A stretch of 63,946 nt of DNA, the filler included, from Octopus bimaculoides (taxonomy: Eukaryota): the NCBI RefSeq assembly GCF_001194135.2. It is 7 parts of 7 records of this genome, joined end to end, with 100 filler letters (N's around TTAATTAATTAA, not from the genome) between each part and the next. Parts side by side here need not be neighbours in the genome. Positions count along the whole stretch, not along the records: positions 1 to 14,352 come from NC_068982.1; 6 more parts are not named here. One strand, 5' to 3'. The notes below the pieces were generated by a model, which was given only the letters and a program-made list of their open reading frames with translations, was not told where the DNA came from and ran no database searches. A program made the position numbers and the translations under genes. This document shows positions 1-12,030 of this stretch, piece after piece. How positions within the stretch are numbered: position 1 is the first letter of the stretch; every line of letters starts with the position of its first letter.

Positions 1-169
1 TATATATATATATATATATATATTAAATGTAACTCGACTTTAAGCTCTGCTATTTCGAATACCTGTCCAATCTTGTGAATATCCGGAGAAATGTAGTGTT
101 AACGAATCGAAACAGTAGTTCTCGCTGTCGGGTTTTCCGAACGATTATGTTATAATTACATATTAAGCA

Positions 170-570
170 TTTGTTGTACTGGAGTGGTGGTCATATTTTG
201 ACAATTAAACGCACGCACGATATATTTTGTCTTCACTTCAACTTTATTATTGTTGTTTTTGTTTCTTTGTCAAAGCTCTTTCGTCACACATCCTGTGACC
301 TCTCCAACAGCACTTAATCTCATTAGTCTTCTCTTGTTCTACTTATTTCATTTTGTCTTTCTGAAAGACAAAACGACAAAGTGGAATAAGCATAACAAGA
401 GGAAAAACATGGGATAAAAAGTCGTTGAAGAGGTCACAGGATGTATGACGAAAGGGCTTTGACAAAGAAACAAGAATGATAATAATAAAGCTGAAGTGGA
501 GACAAAGTATATAATGCATGTGTTTAATTGGTAAAACATGACCATCCCCAAGTATAACAATATCTGTTTC
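170..570. repeat. Imperfect ~400-bp palindrome (foldback/MITE-like)
   Basis: Centre TTTTGTCTTTC-T-GAAAGACAAAA at 351-373; arm 261-308 (GTTTCTTTGTCAAAGCTCTTTCGTCACACATCCTGTGACCTCTCCAAC) matches the reverse complement of ~424-470 with 3 mismatches; similarity extends to ~172/570. Confidence 0.85.
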
Positions 571-782
571 AACTCACGATTTCACATCAAGGATCTTGCA
601 AAGCAAATACATAATGATATATATGAAGTACTTTGTCTTATAACCGTAAACTACATACATACATGCGCACGTACATACAAACATGCATGCATACACGTAT
701 TGATATACTCACATATATTAGTATCTATCTATCTAGCTATCTGTCTATCTGTCTACCTCTTTCTCTCCCCTCCCTCTCTGTA

Positions 783-831
783 TACACACACACGCACTCA
801 CATGCACGCACGCGCACACACACACACACGC

Positions 832-872
<41 letters not shown>

Positions 873-873
873 C
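783..873 (+). repeat. (CA)n/CACG microsatellite
   Basis: Direct reading; source of the HTHT/CVCV ORFs. Many similar tracts occur (e.g. 6870-6942, 9026-9118, 31199-31283, 57845-58000). Confidence 0.95.
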
Positions 874-2483
874 AAATATATGGGGGGAAAGAGATGGTGA
901 TTGGGAGAAAGACGGGGAGATCTTTATAGTCGTTCGACACATTTATTGACTAGAATTAAATATCCCCTTCATCAAAAATGTGTGATTTACTTTTCATTTA
1001 AGTGAGAGGAATTACAAAATGCCAAGTCTTTAAGATGGCGTTGATGAGAGACACACTCAAACACATATAGCATGAGTAATGACATAAACAGCTAGAAGGA
1101 CACCTTCACAACGCAACTACTATCACCTTCACTTCAACATTACAATAGCAACAATACCAACATTCATATGTCACTAACAACGCGGTCTACATCAGCATTA
1201 AGTACAACGACTAAGATAACTGCAACAAGAATAATAACGAAATACAGCCAGCAATTGCACTGCTTCTTCTAGTGTCAAATTCCAGTTATTTTATTGGTCT
1301 CGATTTCCATTACGTTAATGTGAAAATATTGAATAAAAGCAAAGCAAAAAGAAACTAAAATTGATTTTTGAAATATAAATAATACATCATACTAAAAAAC
1401 TGATTATGATTTCTCTGTTTTCAGTCACAGAACATATAATCACACACACAACACACACATACACACATGTACACATACACACACGCACGTAGTCATTCAG
1501 TCAAACAGGCATATTTATACTCACACAGGTGTACACATTAACATACACTCACCAATGCAAACTCGCATACATATTCATACAAAATCACGTTTCACGCTCA
1601 TACGACATGGCGCACGTACTTACAAATACTCTTACATTTAAACTCAAGCACACACGCATACATGCACACATACACTTGCACAGACATCTACACACGAAAA
1701 CACGTATGGACTCATATATTTCATGCACGTATACACACACATAACGCAACATATACATTAACCATGTAGACACTCACAGACACACATATATAAGCATACA
1801 TACAATGGTAGACTTACACACACACACACACACACTTACAAACGCACATAATGACACAAACTTACAATAGTCACATACTCAGAACTATGTATATACATGC
1901 ACACACCTATAATCCGCGACATAAGACAAATCACAACACAATACACCATACATCATGCAAAAGTCAACAGTAATTCCTTCCCAAGATTTAGTACCGTATT
2001 TAATACATTCCTTGCTTACATACACATAAACTCATCACACACAAACGCGCACACGCAATCACGCCCGCACACACACACACACACACACACAGACATCTAC
2101 TCAGGCACTCACTTTAGGTCTCCTCATACAAACACTCACACACATATACAGATGCAAACATTAATCACACCACGCCGCACAACTGTTACATCTAATTATA
2201 TATTCTTTAGATACTGAGTGATACTAAAGTGCTGTTCCTAATCCAAATCGCCGCCTTTGATGCCCGTCTGCCAAGGACAATTTCCTTCCATGTTTTTAGT
2301 TTACTACCGAATGTGTGGTTAAAAAGCTCGCTTTGCAATCAGGTATTTTTTCGTCCAGTACCACAGCACAGTACCTTGGATAATTGTCTTCTACTATTGC
2401 TCCGGCCTGACCAATGTCTTGTGAGTGAATTTGGCGGACGGAACCTGTATGGAAACCCAGCGTACATACATACATATATACAT

Positions 2484-2794
2484 TGTTGGCACTCTGTCGC
2501 TTACGACGTCGAGGGTTCCAGTTGATCCGATCAACGGAACAGCCTGCTCGTGAAATTAACGTGCAAGTGGCTGAGCACTCCACAGACACGTGTACCCTTA
2601 AAGTAGTTCTCGGGGATATTCAGCGTGACACAGGGTGACAAGGCTGACCCTTTGAATTACAGGCACAACAGAAACAGGAAGTAAGAGTGAGAGAAAGCTG
2701 TGGTGAAAGAGTACAGCAGGGTTCGCCACCATTCCCTCGTGGAGCTTTCTGTGTTTTCGCTCAATAAACACTCACAACGCCCGGTCTGGGAATC
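2484..2794 (-). mobile_element. tRNA-derived SINE (octopus-type), head cut by gap
   Basis: Body GGTTCCAGTTGATCCGATCAACGGAACAGCC...CTCAATAAACACTCACAACGCCCGGTCTGGGAATC; the end is the reverse complement of a B-box-like segment (GATTCCCAGACCGG). Confidence 0.7.
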
Positions 2795-3544
2795 NNNNNN
2801 NNNNNNNNNNNNNNNNNNNNNNNNNNNNNNNNNNNNNNNNNNNNNNNNNNNNNNNNNNNNNNNNNNNNNNNNNNNNNNNNNNNNNNNNNNNNNNNNNNNN
2901 NNNNNNNNNNNNNNNNNNNNNNNNNNNNNNNNNNNNNNNNNNNNNNNNNNNNNNNNNNNNNNNNNNNNNNNNNNNNNNNNNNNNNNNNNNNNNNNNNNNN
3001 NNNNNNNNNNNNNNNNNNNNNNNNNNNNNNNNNNNNNNNNNNNNNNNNNNNNNNNNNNNNNNNNNNNNNNNNNNNNNNNNNNNNNNNNNNNNNNNNNNNN
3101 NNNNNNNNNNNNNNNNNNNNNNNNNNNNNNNNNNNNNNNNNNNNNNNNNNNNNNNNNNNNNNNNNNNNNNNNNNNNNNNNNNNNNNNNNNNNNNNNNNNN
3201 NNNNNNNNNNNNNNNNNNNNNNNNNNNNNNNNNNNNNNNNNNNNNNNNNNNNNNNNNNNNNNNNNNNNNNNNNNNNNNNNNNNNNNNNNNNNNNNNNNNN
3301 NNNNNNNNNNNNNNNNNNNNNNNNNNNNNNNNNNNNNNNNNNNNNNNNNNNNNNNNNNNNNNNNNNNNNNNNNNNNNNNNNNNNNNNNNNNNNNNNNNNN
3401 NNNNNNNNNNNNNNNNNNNNNNNNNNNNNNNNNNNNNNNNNNNNNNNNNNNNNNNNNNNNNNNNNNNNNNNNNNNNNNNNTATGTATATATGTGTGTATA
3501 CACACAAACACACAATAGAACACACAAAGAATCAAACAGAACTC

Positions 3545-3592
3545 ACTGCAAGCTTTCCGCCTGGTGCCTCGCTTGCTCACGGAAGATCAAGT
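3545..3592 (+). mobile_element. Mariner transposase fragment (WVPRLL linker motif)
   Basis: AAGCTTTCCGCC-TGG-TGCCTCGCTTGCTCACGGAAGATCAAG reads KLSA(R)W-VPRLLTEDQ with a frameshift. Confidence 0.5.
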
Positions 3593-4713
3593 TGTCAGTT
3601 TAAGGTATAATATTAATACCTCTGTCCTTCACAATGGTAAACAGTATATAATAGTTAATCAAATCTACTAATTAGTCCTCCTTCGTTCTCAACTCCTCTT
3701 TGAGTTATAGTTCTGCCGCCGTGACATGCAGTGTCTTGGGAAGTTAAATGCAGCAGAGCACATTTCCTCCAGTAGCATTCTGAAGAGAAAAATAATTGTA
3801 TGTGGAAGAAATAATAAACTGTCCCCAAATAAATAACCAGATACCAGTAGAGGAAAAACAAAATGAGAATACAACAACGTCGAGAGGACAGAAAAAGCCA
3901 TGGAAACAACAAATACAGAAAGTATAGACGAAGAATTTCAGGAAGTACATAACAGGAAGAGGTAAGAACTAAAGAATTCACCCCCCAAAAATTCAAACAA
4001 AAAGAAAACGAGTGAAGAAATTATATACCTAGTATGTAACAGACAAGCACTCAACATACAGAAAATACATATATATAACACACCCACACAGTTCACCTCA
4101 CCTCCGCAAACACCCAAGAAAAAAACAATCATTGCAAACAGCCTAGAATCACCCGATAGGCACACACGAAAGTATACACAAAAAAGCCACACAAGCCGAC
4201 ATGCATCACATACAGGCCAACCACGCAAAATACCACTGAGCATTTCGCCCGGCGTGCTACCGTTTCTGCCAGCTCGCCGCCTTAGGACATAAGCATTCAT
4301 TTTAGCAATATATTCTTTATTCTTATTGCTTTGTTAAGTGTTACTTCCTTACTCACTTACTTACTGACACGAAATTTCGTAGCATTTCACCCCATAACTT
4401 TTCTTCTATTAATTTTTGTTCAATGCGACTAACGGCTCTGAATTCCTCATACATTTTTTTATCATTTAAGCCTAAGAAAAGTATACTTTTATTTTAAAAT
4501 TAAAAAGTTTATGTTAATTGAAGGTGAATAGGTGCCTTACTACCCCCCTTGAGGTCGCAGATATTTTGATGTAACTTTTTTCTACTGGACCAAATCTCAA
4601 ACTATTTATGCCAAAGTGTAGCTGAGGAAGTGTCCTTTTTAAAACTGTTAACAGTTTGCAATTTAGTTGAGAACGGAATTAGTGGTGAAACTTGGAAGCT
4701 GCTNNNNNNNNNN

Positions 4714-5174
4714 GCGACGTTTTAATCCCAAGAGGACATTTCCTCTAAGCTGGTTAACGATGCACTGGGGCATCCGATATACTGTGAGCAGGAGAACAAA
4801 CCCCTGCCACCCTCTAGCGACGGTACCAGTATACCAGTCTGGTTTCGGGCTATTTCTACCTCTTTTCAGTACTGGAGACCTCCTCTGCTAGAAATGGCAG
4901 TAGCTCGCCTCTGCTCGCAATGTATATGAATTCAAGCGAACACAAAGTCGCTGATTTTGCAGCAAGCAAAAAAGCTAGTTCTAAAATCTCTCTAAGAGTT
5001 GATCGCAGACGATATGTCCAGTACTAAAGAAAGGCTGAAATAACCCGAAACCAGACTGGTATGCTGGCTCCGTCGCTAGAGAGTGGTAGAGGTTCGTAAC
5101 CCTGCTTGCAATATATCGGATGCAGCTGTGCCTCGTTAATCAGCCAGAGATGTTCTCTTGGGTTTAAAAATCGC
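4714..5174. mobile_element. Foldback/MITE-like element with ~165-bp inverted arms
   Basis: CTCTAGCGACGGTACCAGTATACCAGTCTGGTTTCGGG (left) vs reverse complement of CCCGAAACCAGACTGGTATGCTGGCTCCGTCGCTAGAG (right); outer ends GCGACGTTTTAATCCCAAGAG / CTCTTGGGTTTAAAAATCGC; ~130-bp spacer. Confidence 0.8.
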
Positions 5175-5819
5175 AGTAGATTCCGGTCGAACGGAACAGC
5201 CATATTGAAGGGGCTACGAACATTACTTGGTTTATATATATATATGATCAAATGAATGATAACATACAATAGATAATTGTCAGCTCATGCACTTACGTGC
5301 TGCATACCTTTTCAAGTACTTGATTCTATCTGAATCCTCGTCTTTGATATATACATATATATTTATATATATANNNNNNNNNNNNNNNNNNNNNNNNNNN
5401 NNNNNNNNNNNNNNNNNNNNNNNNNNNNNNNNNNNNNNNNNNNNNNNNNNNNNNNNNNNNNNNNNNNNNNNNNNNNNNNNNNNNNNNNNNNNNNNNNNNN
5501 NNNNNNNNNNNNNNNNNNNNNNNNNNNNNNNNNNNNNNNNNNNNNNNNNNNNNNNNNNNNNNNNNNNNNNNNNNGATTTGACGCTAATATCCATTATTAT
5601 TGTAATTTATTCCTATGTCAACATTTCTGTATAAAGCTATATTTGACCGTCAAATTTAAGTCAAACATATAAGTTGCCTTACACGTCTTCAGGGAATACA
5701 TTTGAGAACAAACAAAAATCAAACAAAAGGAGTCTAATTTAAACTAAGGAGTCTAATTTAGACTTTTTTGTGGTGAAATCTCTTGCTATATTGGTAACGA
5801 TTACATGGTTTTCTATGAA

Positions 5820-5850
<31 letters not shown>

Positions 5851-6084
5851 TATATGTATGTGTGTGTGTGTGTGTGTGTGTATGGACAGTTTGATAGCTT
5901 CCGGAAGTCAGAAGACTGCGTCAAGCACTACTGTCTGCTTTGGCATGGTATCCACGGCTGATTACTCTTTCAAAACACACTTTACAGAGTGTCATGTATT
6001 CTTTTTACGTAGTACTAACAGCTGTGCAGTTACTAAGTAACTTGCAAGATAATATCCCTCAAGTGAGTGGGGAGTAGTACTGTG

Positions 6085-6452
6085 GGTGGCGACTTTGTAT
6101 CAAGTGGCGGCTTTGTATGAATAAAGACCCCTTTCGGTCATGAATGACCATGGGATTGCACCTTGAAACTTACCCTCCAAGGCACAATCCGGGCAAGGTT
6201 GTTTATATAAGACCAGCAGTCGTCTCTGTATACCAGCCTCTCCTCTCCACGCCACCAATGTCATCCAAGGGAAATGCAAAAGGCCGATACAGCTTGGCAC
6301 CAGTGACTTCACAACTCATTTCTACGGCTAAGTCAACTAGAGCAACGTGATATGAGTGTCTTTCTCAAGAACACAGCATCAGCCCGGGCCGGGAATAAAA
6401 CTTACTATCTCATAATTGTGAACCCGACGCTATAACCACTGAGCCATGCGCC
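6085..6452 (-). mobile_element. tRNA-derived SINE
   Basis: Ends in AACCACTGAGCCATGCGCC (reverse complement of an A-box head GGCGCATGGCTCAGTGGTT), with body GCAACGTGATATGAGTGTCTTTCTCAAGAACACA. Confidence 0.7.
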
Positions 6453-6869
6453 TTTACAATATGAATGTATAGAGATAAGAAACAGGTATCTTGCTGTAGA
6501 GGAGATATATGGCTATCCCAGTTGGAGAGAGAGATAGAGAGGCAGGGAGAGAGCGAGGGAAGAAAAAGAGAGAAGAAAGAGAGAGAAGAAAGAGAGAGGA
6601 GAAAGACAGAGAAGATGGTGAAGATGTGCTGGCGGACTCTCAAGATGCATGGAGGTGTGTACATACACAGGGAGAAATACACATCATAGAAGTTTTCTAC
6701 AAGCAAACATGACTTGTCCTAGCAAAAGTCGGGCCGGGTGATGGTATTTCCGTTAGTAGAAATGTCATAAATAATTCTTTTTAATATGGACACAGAACCT
6801 GATGTTTTAAAGAGAAGAATTAGTATATTAAATCAACCACAGTATTATATAAATTACGGTTACGCGCAT

Positions 6870-6905
<36 letters not shown>

Positions 6906-6909
6906 ACAC

Positions 6910-6942
<33 letters not shown>

Positions 6943-8239
6943 NNNNNNNNNNNNNNNNNNNNNNNNNNNNNNNNNNNNNNNNNNNNNNNNNNNNNNNNNN
7001 NNNNNNNNNNNNNNNNNNNNNNNNNNNNNNNNNNNNNNNNNNNNNNNNNNNNNNNNNNNNNNNNNNNNNNNNNNNNNNNNNNNNNNNNNNNNNNNNNNNN
7101 NNNNNNNNNNNNNNNNNNNNNNNNNNNNNNNNNNNNNNNNNNNNNNNNNNNNNNNNNNNNNNNNNNNNNNNNNNNNNNNNNNNNNNNNNNNNNNNNNNNN
7201 NNNNNNNNNNNNNNNNNNNNNNNNNNNNNNNNNNNNNNNNNNNNNNNNNNNNNNNNNNNNNNNNNNNNNNNNNNNNNNNNNNNNNNNNNNNNNNNNNNNN
7301 NNNNNNNNNNNNNNNNNNNNNNNNNNNNNNNNNNNNNNNNNNNNNNNNNNNNNNNNNNNNNNNNNNNNNNNNNNNNNNNNNNNNNNNNNNNNNNNNNNNN
7401 NNNNNNNNNNNNNNNNNNNNNNNNNNNNNNNNNNNNNNNNNNNNNNNNNNNNNNNNNNNNNNNNNNNNNNNNNNNNNNNNNNNNNNNNNNNNNNNNNNNN
7501 NNNNNNNNNNNNNNNNNNNNNNNNNNNNNNNNNNNNNNNNNNNNNNNNNNNNNNNNNNNNNNNNNNNNNNNNNNNNNNGTGTCTGGGGAGAGTCATTTTC
7601 TTTTTGTGCCTTATAATTTAACACACTCACCGGTAAAATTTCCATTTATTCCTTATTTTTATTTTCCTAAAATTTTCGTTGCGTCTTGCAACCTTTTCAA
7701 TAGTCTTGACTCTGCTCTTTATTTATATTACGTTCCTTTTTGTTTGTTTGTGCGCATGTGTGTGGGTCAGTGTGTGTGTGCCTATGCATGCATGCATGTA
7801 TGCATGTATGTATGTATGTATGTATGTATGTGTGTGTATGTTGTATATATGTGTGTGTCTGCATATGTATATATGTATTATGTGTGTGCATCTTTATGTA
7901 TGTGTTCTTCATAATCATGTGCTTGTATGTCCGTCTTTGTGTATTTTTTATGTATGTGTGTGTGTGTCTCCTTGTGTGTGCATGTCTATGTGTGTGTGTA
8001 TGGATGTGCATCTCCATATGTGTGGACACGTGCTTCCATATGTGTCCTTGTGTGAAGTAAAGTGAGTGTATATATATGGTCATGTGTTTTAGTCTCCATT
8101 TGCGTATGTGTGCTTGTCCGTTCATATAACCTATGTACCTATCCGTTGCAGTAATGATTCTGCCAGCTCGTCGCCTTACTCTTAACAATGTATTGGTTTC
8201 AAATTTTGGCACAATACAAGCAGATTTGGAAGAAGGGGT

Positions 8240-8410
8240 AAGACTTTTAAATCTGCCCCTAGGGCCCAACTGGTACTTGTTTTATCGACCCCTGAAAGGA
8301 TGAAAGGCAAAGTGGACCCCGATGGAATTTGAATATACAATCGAAATACAGAAGAAATGCCACTCAGCATTTTACCTGGTGCAGTAAGGATACTGCCAGC
8401 TCGACGCCTA
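8240..8410 (-). mobile_element. tRNA-derived SINE (GACCCC-GAAAGGATGAAAGGCAAAGT family)
   Basis: CTGGTACTTGTTTTATCGACCCCTGAAAGGATGAAAGGCAAAGT...CTGCCAGCTCGACGCC; same family at 4240-4285, 11230-11315, 38700-39178 and 40130-40340. The core resembles the MetaSINE domain (from memory, unverified). Confidence 0.75.
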
Positions 8411-8737
8411 ACCCTTAATAATATATTAAACTGTAATAATGGGTCCCTACACCACCTGAGCCTCAATGATGCAGTACCCAAACAACCGACTTTAATATAG
8501 GACTGTCATGTTATACAGTATGATATAAGTATGTATGGATGCATGCATGTTTGTCTTCAGTTTTATTTCTTGAGTTTCACAGCAATGGAAAAAAAGTTGG
8601 TTTCTAGCCTAGAAACAAACTCTCACTGGAAACTAAAAATAAGTGTTCTACGGATAGACGTAGATATGTATACATATATGCATATATCAATTTATGTATG
8701 TACGCATGTATTATATACATATATTCATACATGTATA

Positions 8738-8777
<40 letters not shown>

Positions 8778-8787
8778 NNNNNNNNNN

Positions 8788-8832
<45 letters not shown>

Positions 8833-9023
8833 ATTGATTGAGTTCTTTCATCCCCTTCAGGTATTGTCATGACGAATCCCTGAAAGTGTTCAACAAACAG
8901 TATTAATCACTTTCTGACTACTTTCTTCTTTTATTAATATATAAAATCTGTACAACACTACAAACACTCTTTACATACATAAATACATGCATGTGCATGT
9001 ATAGATATAACATATATATATAT

Positions 9024-9122
<99 letters not shown>

Positions 9123-9399
9123 GTACGTATATATGCGTATATGAATGTGTACATGAACAAACATGTGTAGGTAGGTATGCTTGTCATTGGATCTTATTAC
9201 ATGTATTAAATGAATGTTTTACATATTTTGATTATATCTTTGACATGTTAGAAGCTGATAAAACGTATTCTTTTCTGTTTTGTGAATTCCGGATCCTCAA
9301 GATTGATACTGTAGCAATAAACCTCATAATTTAGAGCTCCAATAAGTATTAGTGGAAATCTAAATTTAAAGCTCGTTTAGAGTACTTGCAAGATTTATG

Positions 9400-9960
9400 T
9401 TGGGTTTGCATTTTGTTAAAGTCATAACAAGAAAATTCCACGAGTATTCTTTCGAATTATCTGTAATTATGCTCTCCAAATCACTGTAGCTTCCTCTATT
9501 TGTGTTCAGAGTACTATACTTTCTACAGTTTTCTTTATACAGTGTTCATAATTAGAAATCTCAGACAGCTACTTATGAGGTGGATGATATCCTCAATGTT
9601 ATTTTCACAAAACCTACATCTGTTGTCGCCTCTGATGGTTTATCAGCATCCCTATCCCTTTTGTGTATCAGGTATTTTGTTGCAGTTTCCGCTCCTTTAT
9701 CATAAAAATATGCCCTTCAAAGTTAGAGCTAATATCCTAGTTCTTAAACTACTATAAACTACTGTTTGTCAATGCCATTGTCACTTTGAAACCTTCTGGG
9801 AATATAGCTACGTATGACCTTTTGCTGGTAAGTATGCAGCCTCTTTTCTGATGACCCGTTGCAGTAGAGTTGGGTAGATTCTCTAGGTGTATATCCCAGT
9901 TCATAAGTCATGGAATATTTTCTGAGAAGTTCCATTCCAATTCTCATGATGTTATCGACC
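9400..9960 (-). mobile_element. Degraded R4/Dong-like (RLE-type) non-LTR retrotransposon fragment
   Basis: Minus strand reads FEGHIFMIKE..ATKYL and DNRCRFCENNIEDIIHLISSC (CCHC knuckle), with frameshifts. Confidence 0.6.
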
Positions 9961-10380
9961 GCAAGTGTGCAGACTTGATCCTTGGCTGGACTTCAATATT
10001 TGGTAATTAGTTAATGAAATCGAAGAGATATGAGTGCGAGATTTAAAGGCTGTTTGAATCAATGATTTCTCTCTGCTACCTTCTTTTCCTTTTAAGTAAA
10101 AGTAGTCTAAATTACCATTGCTGTGGAAATTCCCGGTAAATTTTCGTGCTTTAGCGAAAATAGCGAAGATCTCATGTAGCGTCCTATGTATGTACTACGT
10201 ATGTATGTATGTATGTATGTATGTATGTATGTATGTATGTTTGCATGTATGTATGTATGTACGTATGCATGCATGCATTATGAATGTATGTATGTAGGTA
10301 TGTATGTACACACACATATACATATACGTATATATACACGTATATACATATTTACATATGTATTTATCTATGTAGATGTA

Positions 10381-10425
10381 AATAATAATAATAATAATAA
10401 TAACAACAACAACAACAACAACAAC

Positions 10426-10477
<52 letters not shown>
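10381..10477 (+). repeat. (AAT)n/(AAC)n microsatellite, 5' flank of R4/Dong insertion
   Basis: Direct reading; a second (AAT)n tract at 11143-11221 flanks the 3' side. Confidence 0.95.
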
Positions 10478-10482
<5 letters not shown>

Positions 10483-11140
10483 CAAAGACCAAGTAGATTC
10501 CCAATGTATGTTATGCAAATCAAGAGAGGAAAGCGCTACTCACATAGTAAGTGAATGTGGCATGCTGGCCCAGAAGGAATACAAGAAAAAACATGACAAC
10601 CTAGGGAGAGTAATCCACTGGGAGTTATGTAGAAAGCTAGGATTTGAACATACTAATAAATGGTATGAACATGAACCTAGTAAAGTACTAGAAAGTAAGA
10701 AATACAAGATGTTGAGGGACTTTAACATTCAGACTGACAGAGTAATAGAAGCTAGAAGGCCTGATTTTGGCAGTAGTAGATAAAGAGAATAGAAAGTGCC
10801 AGATAATTGACTTTACAGTCCCAAATGATGAAAGAAATCAATATGAGAGGTATAGAAGAAATAGCACAGTACCTGGACCTAGCCATTGAATTACAGAGAC
10901 TATGGAAAGAGCGGGTAAAATATATCTCAGCAGTTATAGGTGCATTGGGAACTATCCCTAAAGATCTGAACAGATGGATAGAGCAAATAGGCATAAAACC
11001 CCGTTTAGATTAGCTCCAGAAAACAGTGTTATTAGGGACAGCTAGGATACTTAGGAAGGTTCTTGGCATCTAAGGTTACTTGTAGCCCGATGTTAGGATT
11101 TTTTCTTTACCAATATCTAATTTGTTGCGTGTATATGAAA
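10478..11140 (+). mobile_element. 5'-truncated R4/Dong-clade non-LTR retrotransposon (CCHC + restriction-like endonuclease)
   Basis: SQCMLCKSREESATHIVSEC...HDNLGRVIHWELC...DFNIQTDRVIEARRPD...YLDLAIELQRLW...VIGALGTIPKDL...LQKTVLLGTARILRKVLGI*, then a short 3' UTR and (AAT)n. Confidence 0.9.
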
Positions 11141-11142
11141 AT

Positions 11143-11225
<83 letters not shown>

Positions 11226-11744
11226 CAACAGCAGGGGAGGGGTATAGTCGACCACATCAACCTCAGTACTTGACTGATACTTATTTTGTCGGCTCTGAGA
11301 GGATGAAAGGCAAACAGGGCTGCATGCAAATAATAAGAGAGGTGTTCTCCGACGATTAAAATCAAGAGCGATCAGATACTTATATTCAAATTTGCTAGAA
11401 CGTATGAACAATGAATAGATTCCTTCTTGTGTGGATTTTCGCTTTTCCATATATAGTATCTTCCTGGCAGACATCAGCAGGCGTCCGCAAATAATGTGTT
11501 TGCTGATTTCTATAAACAAAAGACCTGTGCTCTCATTACATTCATCGGTCCGGCGAGATAATTTGACTGAGAAGACACATAATATGGTCGAAACAATGTA
11601 GTATGTCAAACTCACCTTATACGCCTGAATCGTTTTATAAATACACGTTGTTTAAAGGGAGGAGGTCTTCTTCAATGACAATAAATAATAGCGATCAGAT
11701 ATTCACGTTCGAATCTGTCAGAACATATGAATTAATACATATGT

Positions 11745-12030
11745 TATAGAATATTATTTATTCCGATCATATAACAACGAACAATGTACTTGTTTATGTG
11801 TATTATATAAAATAAAATAGTTCATTGAAATATGTAAGTAAATGATTAAAATATTTTTCAAGATTTGTGCCTTTATAATTAGATATGTTGTAGAATATTA
11901 TTTATTCCGATCATAAAACATCGGACAATATATTTGTTCAGACATATTAAAAAAAAGAAAAGAAGTAAAATAGTGCATTGAAATAAGTAAGCGAATGATT
12001 AGAATAATGTCCAAATTTGTGCCTTTGTAA
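11745..12030 (+). repeat. Diverged tandem duplication, ~143-bp unit x2
   Basis: TAGAATATTATTTATTCCGATCATA...TTTGTGCCTTT occurs at ~11747 and ~11890. Confidence 0.75.
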
